Below, one piece after another: positions 27,530 to 34,822 of a stretch of DNA of 64,000 nucleotides; the stretch's first letter is position 1; each line of letters begins with the position of its first letter. Origin of the DNA: an uncultured Gammaproteobacteria bacterium (GTDB taxonomy: Bacteria > Patescibacteriota > Patescibacteriia > Magasanikbacterales > UBA922); contig CAZFTR010000003.1 of the NCBI GenBank assembly GCA_964522405.1, forward strand, positions 35,711 through 99,710, written 5' to 3'. The notes beneath the pieces were generated by a model, which was not told the origin of the DNA, searched no databases, and saw only the letters and a list, made by a program, of their open reading frames with translations. The position numbers and the translations under genes are program-made.

Positions 27530-28648
27530 CTACTCCCCCAACCCAACCTTCTCAATCACAACCGGCTCAATCACCCTCTCCCCCTCAGTAATCCTCACAA
27601 CATCTTTATCAATCTTGGCAAGTTCTTTATACGCAGTATTATAGTGATTTACTGTTGTACTCATACTGTTCCCAAGTTTTTTCATATAGTTTTCGTAGGC
27701 TGCTACATGCTTGCCCAACATCTCTACATTTTTTCGAATACTTTTTGCACCTTCTTCAATCTTGAAGGCGCGTAGTCCTTGCAGCACTGTTTGCAAGTAC
27801 GCTGCGAATGTTGTTGGTGAAACTATTACTACTTTTTTTTCTTTGAATGCATACTCAATCAAACTTCGTGTGTTTACTTTCACTGCACCAACTTCGTTTA
27901 CAAGTAAATCATAATAAATTGCCTCACTGGGAATAAACATGAAGGCAAATTCAAGTGTTCCTGAATTTGGTTTTATATATTTACTTGTTTCATCAATTCG
28001 TTTTTTTAAATCTGATTTAAATTCTCTTTCTAATTTTTCTCGTTTCTCTTCATTTGTTTCGTCACTGAGTTTCTGATAATTTTCCAATGAAAATTTTGCA
28101 TCAACTGGTATCAATCCATCTTTTGTAAATATTGCAGCGTCAACCACATCTCCATCTTCAAACTGATGTTGAATTTTGAATGCTGTTGGAGGTAACATGT
28201 TTTCTAGAACAAGTTGCAATCCTGCTTCTCCCAAGTTCCCTCTTTGTTTCTGACTTTTAAGAACTTTTTCTAGGTTTTGTAATTGTTCTGAAAATCCGAT
28301 CACTTGCTGATTTGTTTTATCAAGACTGGTTAGTTTTTCTGTAATTTCTGCTATCATTTTTGAACTCTGTCCTGTAATTCCCTGAATAATCTTGGTACTT
28401 TGTCCAAATTGATCCTGAATTGTCTTATTTAGGTTCTGCTGTGTCTCATTCATGGCCTTATGAGTCTCTGACATCTTTGTATCCATAGTTTTGTTCAGGT
28501 CTTGAATTTGCTGTTGGAGCATTATAAATAGGTTTTGATCTCCTGAGCCACCTTCTTGCATTGATTTTAGTTTTTTGAAAAGTAGAAAAATTCCCACAAC
28601 TGCGCCAAGAAGTAGGATTAGTAATATATATGTTATGAATGATTGCAT
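27530..28648 (-). CDS. rmuC: DNA recombination protein RmuC
   Basis: N-terminal TM, long coiled coil, and conserved C-terminal block FAFMFIPSEAIYYDLL...VVIVSPTTFAAYLQTV. Confidence 0.8.
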   Translation of the reverse strand: MQSFITYILLILLLGAVVGIFLLFKKLKSMQEGGSGDQNLFIMLQQQIQDLNKTMDTKMSETHKAMNETQQNLNKTIQDQFGQSTKIIQGITGQSSKMIAEITEKLTSLDKTNQQVIGFSEQLQNLEKVLKSQKQRGNLGEAGLQLVLENMLPPTAFKIQHQFEDGDVVDAAIFTKDGLIPVDAKFSLENYQKLSDETNEEKREKLEREFKSDLKKRIDETSKYIKPNSGTLEFAFMFIPSEAIYYDLLVNEVGAVKVNTRSLIEYAFKEKKVVIVSPTTFAAYLQTVLQGLRAFKIEEGAKSIRKNVEMLGKHVAAYENYMKKLGNSMSTTVNHYNTAYKELAKIDKDVVRITEGERVIEPVVIEKVGLGE

Positions 28649-28843
28649 AGTAGTCTTGATTTTTTAATTAAAATGATATAAACTGGGTTCATCATTAGTT
28701 AGGATTATAGCATGTACAGGAGTTAATGCAAATCGTTGTGGATAGTATCTTAATATTGTACGACACTCTCAACTATGCTTAAATTAGCCATAAATTAGAA
28801 AAATTGCTAATTTACCTTCCCATTCTTTTCAAGACAATATCAT

Positions 28844-28915
28844 GACCCCATAGTTTAATGGATAGAACAAGAACCTCCTAAGTTCTGGGTCCACGTTCGA
28901 TTCGTGGTGGGGTCA
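28844..28915 (+). tRNA. tRNA-Arg (anticodon CCU)
   Basis: Folded by hand: acceptor GACCCCA/TGGGGTC, D-stem GTTT/GAAC, anticodon stem AGAAC/GTTCT with loop CTCCTAA, T-arm CCACG-TTCGATT-CGTGG, discriminator A. Confidence 0.8.
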
Positions 28916-28970
28916 CATTTGGAAATTCTATATTTATAGGATTTCTTTTTTTAGATCAATTTTGCTTTTC

Positions 28971-29215
28971 AAATAAAAACACTCGATGATATCATCGAGC
29001 ACATTGTTGATGAAGGGCGGCGGGTCTCAGAGAGTCCCGCCGATGAGCTCCCATGTGTCGGCTCCGGTTCAGCTCGACAAGAGCTCATCACTCAAAGGTG
29101 AGGCAGGCCAGCATACAGGAAAAATCTGGTTTCCGGTAGCGATAAACATTCTAACCGCAGTATCGCGAAAGTACGGCGGTTCGAGTGCATTAGGCACCGC
29201 ATCACAGAGCTAGTT
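28971..29215 (+). ncRNA. Candidate structured RNA 'element B', GC-rich, paralogous to element A; sits about 55 nt after tRNA-Arg
   Basis: No protein-like ORF. The 5' 80 nt align with element A with compensatory changes in the first hairpin. Blocks of similarity continue through the element. Confidence 0.45.
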
Positions 29216-29422
29216 CAATTTACACGCTTTACTCTATTTTGTCAAATTTATATTTAATGATTTTTTAATAAAAATTTAATGATTATCGTGAAACATCAGT
29301 TTAGAATTTTTTAATTAAATCTTAATCTTTTTCCTAGTTTTATAGAGTAGTCTGTACAAAATTATTAAATGTGGGCTGTTTTGACTTTCCTAAACTGTGC
29401 ATAACTCTCCAAAGAGTTTAAT

Positions 29423-30280
29423 GTGGAACTCAAACTGATTGATTTTTCAAGCATTTTTCTCTATACTACTTCTACTATGAGTCAACTTATCAAACAACTT
29501 CAAGAATTTGATCTTTCTGATAGTGAAGCGCGTCTTTATCTGGCTTGCCTTGAACTTGGTCCTGAATCTGTGCAGAATATTGCCAAACTCTCTAAACTAA
29601 ACCGAGTTACTGCCTACGGAGTTATTGATTCTCTTATTAAGAAGGGATTTCTTCATGAAGTTATGGAGAAAAATAAGAGAAAGATTGCTGCTTATTCTCC
29701 TTCTTAACTCTATGACGTGGTCAGCAGAAGAGAAGAAAAGCTCAAAAAGCAGATTAAAAAGCTTGATTTACTAGTTCCAAACCTCAAAGCTGTAACTGGT
29801 GGCAAGAAGACCGGCACTAATATTATCTATTACGAAGGTGAGGAAGGTTTGAAGAACTGGGCATCTGATGCTCTTGAGACAAAAGATGAATTGCTGGAGT
29901 GGGTTAGAATTGAGACTTTTGGTAAACCTTTTAAAAAATATCTAGAAACTTACTATTTTCCTGAAAAATTTAAAAAACAAATTCCAACTAGATTTATTCT
30001 TATTGATACTCCTGAAGGAAAAGAGTATGTGCAAAAAAGATATATAAACAACCCAGATGCTTCTCCTATAAAAGCCAGATTTATTTCAAGGGAAGATTTT
30101 GATGTGCCTGCTTTTACCATTGTCTATAATGATAGATTTAGTATTGCTTTGCCAAAAGAACTAAGAGCTGTAACTGTGGTTGATAATTTAATAGCTGATA
30201 GTCAGAGAAAAATGTTTGAATTTGCCTGGAGACATGCGACTGGTGAGATGCAGAATAAGCCCTACCCACTAGATAATTAA
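29423..30280 (+). pseudogene. TrmB-family regulator gene interrupted by a single in-frame TAA (29705-29707); the two ORF-track pieces 29423..29707 and 29717..30280 are one reading frame
   Basis: Both pieces are in the same frame. The upstream piece ends ...KRKIAAYSPS* and the downstream continues LYDVVSRREEKLKKQIKKL..., as the intact paralog at 19912 does (..NPDRLIEEVDTKKSIAEKL..). N-terminal TrmB HTH LSDSEARLYLACLELGPESVQNIAKLSKLNRVTAYGVIDSLIKKGFL. Confidence 0.6.
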
Positions 30281-30446
30281 CAATGTTGTCGGAAGCTTAC
30301 AACATTTTAACTAGATAAATTAGACTATACTCAGCCTAATTTTTTATATAATCTAAAAATTGTAATTTTCCAATTTACATTTTGCTCATTTTAAATTATA
30401 TTATATTTGAATATTCAACTGGCTCCAAAGGAGCTAGGAGGCAAGA

Positions 30447-30716
30447 ATGACCAGAATGAGCGCCTACTTCGGTGGCGGTGTTATCAGCTTCAAGAGAGAC
30501 CCCGACGACAAGATGTCGCCTACTGACGGCGTGATCCAGCCGGGCAAGGAGTTTGAATTCTACCCGTCCTACTACGAGCGCATCATTCTGACCCACGGTC
30601 GTGCCACCATCAATGGCAAAACCATGGTCGCTGGTGATGAGATCGTCGTTCCTACAGGTAAAAAGATCTGCATCCTGGCTCACGAAGTGAGCTGTTACGA
30701 GTGCTACTACAGCTGA
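30447..30716 (+). CDS. ppnP: PpnP/YaiE (DUF1255) family cupin-like pyrimidine/purine nucleoside phosphorylase homolog; GC-rich gene
   Basis: SAYFGGGVISFKR...GKEFEFYPSYYERIILTHGRATINGKTMVAGDEIVVPTGKKICILAHEVSCYECYY parallels E. coli YaiE (NEYFSGKVKSIGF...GEYTF...VISGAL...AGSVFNVPGHSEF...YLCRY). AGGAGG Shine-Dalgarno. Confidence 0.55.
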   Translation: MTRMSAYFGGGVISFKRDPDDKMSPTDGVIQPGKEFEFYPSYYERIILTHGRATINGKTMVAGDEIVVPTGKKICILAHEVSCYECYYS

Positions 30717-30830
30717 GACCAACAAAGGGGAACTCACGTGCACGTGTATCTTGACGGCAGCCTTTGCCAGTCGTCGAGATGCATTCAAAACAACCCAGAA
30801 TATGGGTTGTTTTGTTAGTTTAAGATGAAA

Positions 30831-31817
30831 TTATTTTATATATTCAAATTGTAATTTTGAAACTAAATCTGTTTTTTTAATCTCAGATTCTATTTTCATC
30901 TCAAGTCTGCGCTCAAGACCGTGAGCAAGTGATTCAGAAATTTTTAATAATTTATTTTGATCCATTTCCAGTTGATCTAAGTTCTCGAGAGCTTTTTTTC
31001 CTGTTTCTTTTGAAATAAAATCCTTTGGAAAATCAATTAATAGTCCTCTACCAAAGTTTTTCATAATATGTGCTGCTGTGATTGATAGATTCATAGCATG
31101 AGGACTGTTATGTTGGCACTGCAAATCAGCTTCTAGAAGTTCTGTATTTAGTTTTGAGGTTAAAATCTTGTCTGAAATATTTTTTCCTGTTTCATTTATG
31201 TCTGTTGCTAGATTTATATTAATTCTTCTGTGAGAACAAGAGCTTCCAGTGTATTGTTTTATGTAGTTTTCAAGATTTCCTGCGCTTGGAATGACTGGAT
31301 CAGGACCTAGATGATTTACTTTTGTTTGTATTACCGGATCATATGGTGACATGGAGTGGATATCTAGCCAAACTCCTCCTGGCTTCAAACTTTTTATAGT
31401 TTTAAAAATATTCTTCATGGTTTTTTTGTGAAGTATTCTAAGTTGCTTTAGAATTTTTTCATTTTTTCTAAAATCAAAAACATTTCTAATTGCTTTTTCA
31501 GAACTTATTCTTCCGAGATCAAGTATTCCGCGTGGAATTTGTACATCAAATATATCTACTCGTATTTTCTTTTTGGAATTTTCTACTAATTTCTTTGCGG
31601 TTGTGTGGGCAAGTTCTCTTGTTCCAAAATCATATTCTATTTTAAGAAATTTTTTAAAAGTACCTTCAGAATCCTGAAGCGCTTCCCGAAGCAGGGGATT
31701 ATTTTCATAAAAATCTATTCCATCATCTGAATGCAGACATAGCAAAAGGCAATCAGGTCGATCAGATTTGTAATTTGAATAAGTTGTAATTTTAAATTTT
31801 TCTGTTTTTATTTTCAT
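30831..31817 (-). CDS. Hypothetical protein, possibly N-formylglutamate-amidohydrolase (FGase)-like amidohydrolase/deacylase
   Basis: LLLCLHSDDGIDFYENNPL and GGVWLDIHSMSPYD resemble the FGase-family HxG...DxHSM pattern. AT-rich. Immediately downstream of the ATP-grasp gene on the same strand. Confidence 0.35.
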   Translation of the reverse strand: MKIKTEKFKITTYSNYKSDRPDCLLLCLHSDDGIDFYENNPLLREALQDSEGTFKKFLKIEYDFGTRELAHTTAKKLVENSKKKIRVDIFDVQIPRGILDLGRISSEKAIRNVFDFRKNEKILKQLRILHKKTMKNIFKTIKSLKPGGVWLDIHSMSPYDPVIQTKVNHLGPDPVIPSAGNLENYIKQYTGSSCSHRRININLATDINETGKNISDKILTSKLNTELLEADLQCQHNSPHAMNLSITAAHIMKNFGRGLLIDFPKDFISKETGKKALENLDQLEMDQNKLLKISESLAHGLERRLEMKIESEIKKTDLVSKLQFEYIK

Positions 31818-31912
31818 ATTATAATTTTAAATTTAGACAACCAAATGCCAAATATATTTTGACACTTAGATGCCCGCGCTGTGTCCTCCAGGTACAACGC
31901 TTGGCCTCCTTA

Positions 31913-33223
31913 TCAGTTGTTGATCAGTGTGCGGAACTCGTCCCGCGCAGCGCTCGCAGCGATTTGCGAGGTAGCCACGACTGCGAACGAGAACCAGCCC
32001 TTGAGCTCAGGATCAGGTGGCGAGACGATGATGATCTTCACCTTCGCGCAGTCAGTCTCTTCCTGAACTCGGCGTTCGGCCTGCTCGGCAAGAGCGTTCA
32101 ACTCACTGGCGGAGAAGACCTTACCCTTGATGGGCGGATCTTCGTCGTACTCAGCGAAGAGTTGGCTCTTGTTCGTTTCCCAGAGCTTGGCCAGTTGCTC
32201 CAGGATGTTGAGGATCACGCTCGTGAGCAGCACGCGCGCGTTGCTCTCGAAGTAGAAGCGAACTCTTTCTCCGAGTGCTGCATCCACGTCGGCGTCACCG
32301 CGGTAGCCCATCTCGTGCAGATGCCAGCCGTAGGCGAGCGCTTCCTCGATGACTTGCTCGAGACCGGGGATGGCAGGGCAAGGCACGGTGCAGCCCACCG
32401 ACTCAAGGCCATTGAGTCGACGGAGCGTGGTCGCCACGATCTTCGGACCTGCGTCCATGATCTCCATGACCACCGAGATGGCCTTCAGACCCTGGTAGAG
32501 ATCGTAGAGGTGTGGCTCGACCAGTACTGCGACCGGGTCAGCGATCTTGGCGATCGCTTTTCGCAGCTCTGCTTCGGTCGCGCAGAGCGCGTTGCCCAGG
32601 CCACCGGCCGAAACGATCTCGCGCAGAACCGCGCGCACGGCCCTCGCCAGCTCCTTGCGCGCCCGATCGAAGATCTGCTTGCGATCAGTGATGGCGGTCG
32701 GTGCGTTGGGTAGCGGAAGTCCATGCTCGTCACAGTAGAGCGTGAACCTCTGCTTGTCGTTGCTGCGTTGCGGTAGGCCTGCCTTGACCAGGTCTTCGGG
32801 GGTGCCGAGCACCTCGAGACCGAGTTCATTCCCCAGCTTGCAGACCGATGCGTGTTGCATGAGTGGTCCCAGCTTGTAGCCCTGGCGGCCGAGCTCGGTG
32901 ATCTCCCGACAAAGTCGCGGACTCCTTCGAATTTCTGCCACGAAATCAAAGGGTGAGCCCGGCATGTGGTCGAGGTAGAGCGGCTTGACCCGGAAGCCCA
33001 TGATCGAGGCGTGGTAGTCGAGGAGCTCCTCAATACCTTCGGTCGGCGGCAAGATGATGGTGTCGCCCGGCCCGATGCGCCACAATCCACGCAAGACCAG
33101 TTTGGCGCATTTGGCAGCGACCTTGCCCTCAGCCGGTTTGTTGAAAAACCTGCCGTAGTTCTCAACTGCGATAACTTTCATTTCCCCCTGCTCCAAGTGC
33201 GTGGATTCAAAAAAACTTCTCAC
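31913..33223 (-). CDS. ATP-grasp-fold carboxylate-amine ligase-like protein; GC-rich gene
   Basis: C-terminal catalytic block GYRGDADVDAALGERVRFYFESNARV parallels the D-Ala-D-Ala ligase/RimK pattern GxRGxARVDF....E(V/I)N..PG. The plus-strand ORF 31859..32713 is an antisense shadow. Confidence 0.5.
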   Translation of the reverse strand: MRSFFESTHLEQGEMKVIAVENYGRFFNKPAEGKVAAKCAKLVLRGLWRIGPGDTIILPPTEGIEELLDYHASIMGFRVKPLYLDHMPGSPFDFVAEIRRSPRLCREITELGRQGYKLGPLMQHASVCKLGNELGLEVLGTPEDLVKAGLPQRSNDKQRFTLYCDEHGLPLPNAPTAITDRKQIFDRARKELARAVRAVLREIVSAGGLGNALCATEAELRKAIAKIADPVAVLVEPHLYDLYQGLKAISVVMEIMDAGPKIVATTLRRLNGLESVGCTVPCPAIPGLEQVIEEALAYGWHLHEMGYRGDADVDAALGERVRFYFESNARVLLTSVILNILEQLAKLWETNKSQLFAEYDEDPPIKGKVFSASELNALAEQAERRVQEETDCAKVKIIIVSPPDPELKGWFSFAVVATSQIAASAARDEFRTLINN

Positions 33224-33545
33224 CCACGCTGTGCGGGTAATTTTTTTGCTCTATTGCCTAATAAAACAAAAAACTTACCCGCATGGATAAGAAGTTTGTT
33301 CCAAAAATCTATTCAAAAGACTTTGGCTTATCTTTCCCAGCAAGGGTTGGAAGGAGCACCTTGCTCAGATTGAGTAGGTTGCTAGAGAGTCACAGGGCCA
33401 ATTCCCTCATCTCTTCTTGATATTTCTAAATTGTCTAAAAGATCTGTTATTAGAATAATATATTTTTGGAAAATTGTCAAATTCGGTTTTTTGGTTGACC
33501 TAGAGAAAAATATCTGCTATAATCTTTCTACTTTGTTTAAATAAC

Positions 33546-33619
33546 GGGCCTGTAGCTCAGCTGGCTAGAGCATCGCCATGGCATGGCGGGGGTCAGGAGT
33601 TCGAATCTCCTCAGGTCCA
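33546..33619 (+). tRNA. tRNA-Ala (anticodon GGC)
   Basis: Acceptor GGGCCTG/CAGGTCC with the G3:U70 Ala identity pair. Anticodon loop ATGGCAT. T-arm AGGAG-TTCGAAT-CTCCT. Confidence 0.8.
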
Positions 33620-33628
33620 CATTTTTTT

Positions 33629-34699
33629 ATGCTATCTATTGGAATTGTTGGTTTGCCCAATGTTGGAAAGTCTACTCTTTTCAACGCTCTTACCAAGAGT
33701 AAGCAGGCTGATGCACAAAATTATCCTTTTTGTACTATCGAACCAAATGTCGGTATTGTTGAGGTGCCTGATCAACGTCTTGCTCAACTATCTGAAATTT
33801 CAAAATCCCAGAAAACTGTACCAACTGCTATTGAGTTTGTAGATATTGCCGGATTGGTAAAAGGTGCATCAGAGGGCGAGGGTCTGGGAAATAGGTTCTT
33901 GTCGCATATTCGCGAAGTTGATGCTATTGCTCACGTGGTACGTGGTTTTGATGACAGTAATATTACCCATGTTCATGGAAATATTGATCCAAAATCTGAT
34001 GCTGAAGTTATAAATTTGGAATTGGTTATGGCTGATTGGCAGACTGTCAGTAAACGTTTGGAAAAAACTAAGGCAAAAGCAAAGGGAATTGCTGCCAAGG
34101 AATTACAAAAAGAGTTGGAATTGCTAGAGAGGCTATCAAGTCATCTTGAAGCTGGAAAAAATGCTCGAACTTTGGAATATACTGACGATGAAATGGAAAT
34201 TATCAGAGATTTGCATCTGCTCTCCATGAAGCCTATGATGTACATTGTAAATGATAATGAAAAGTTAGCAGAAACTTCTTTTGAGATCGAGCCGGGAGTT
34301 CCCAGTGTCCAGATTTGTGCTCGTCTTGAAGCTGAATTGGTTGGGTTGTCTGATCAGGAAGCTCAAGAATATATGAAAGAGTTAGGTATGGAGCAAACAG
34401 GTCTTGATAAAATTATTATTGCTGGTTATAAATTATTAAATTTAGTAACTTTTTTTACTTCTGGTGAGCCAGAAACAAGAGCTTGGACTGTTATTGAGAA
34501 TACCAAAGGGCCTGATGCAGCTGGTGTAATTCATACTGATTTTATAAAAGGATATATTAAGGCTGATGTGGCAAATGTGGCTGATTTTATTGAGAGTGGC
34601 GGCTGGAATGGTGTAAAAGAATCAGGTAAAATGCGTCTTGAGGGAAAAGATTATATTGTCAAAGATGGTGATGTTTGTTATTTTCATGTAAGCACTTAA
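33629..34699 (+). CDS. ychF: Ribosome-binding ATPase YchF (Obg-family GTPase/ATPase)
   Basis: [23 protein letters not shown]-terminus and C-terminal TGS domain. The ORF-track start at 33578 would run through the tRNA, so the start is placed at the ATG at 33629. Confidence 0.9.
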   Translation: MLSIGIVGLPNVGKSTLFNALTKSKQADAQNYPFCTIEPNVGIVEVPDQRLAQLSEISKSQKTVPTAIEFVDIAGLVKGASEGEGLGNRFLSHIREVDAIAHVVRGFDDSNITHVHGNIDPKSDAEVINLELVMADWQTVSKRLEKTKAKAKGIAAKELQKELELLERLSSHLEAGKNARTLEYTDDEMEIIRDLHLLSMKPMMYIVNDNEKLAETSFEIEPGVPSVQICARLEAELVGLSDQEAQEYMKELGMEQTGLDKIIIAGYKLLNLVTFFTSGEPETRAWTVIENTKGPDAAGVIHTDFIKGYIKADVANVADFIESGGWNGVKESGKMRLEGKDYIVKDGDVCYFHVST

Positions 34700-34822
34700 A
34701 AGAAGAAAAATTTTCATTAAAATTCGTTGAAATCAGCGGATTTTTTTATTTTGTATATTAGATAAATTATGCTACTATTGATTTATCTATAATCTTTTAT
34801 TAAATTTATTATTTTTTTAAAT

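Noticed and set aside
31859-32713. 284-aa plus-strand ORF opposite the ATP-grasp gene
   Set aside because: Arg/Asp/Leu-rich antisense shadow. The minus-strand frame carries the ATP-grasp C-terminal catalytic motif.
33578-33628. N-terminal extension of the ychF ORF (MAWRGSGVRISSGPHFF)
   Set aside because: It is the translation of tRNA-Ala itself. The true ychF start is the ATG at 33629, which gives the conserved [16 protein letters not shown].
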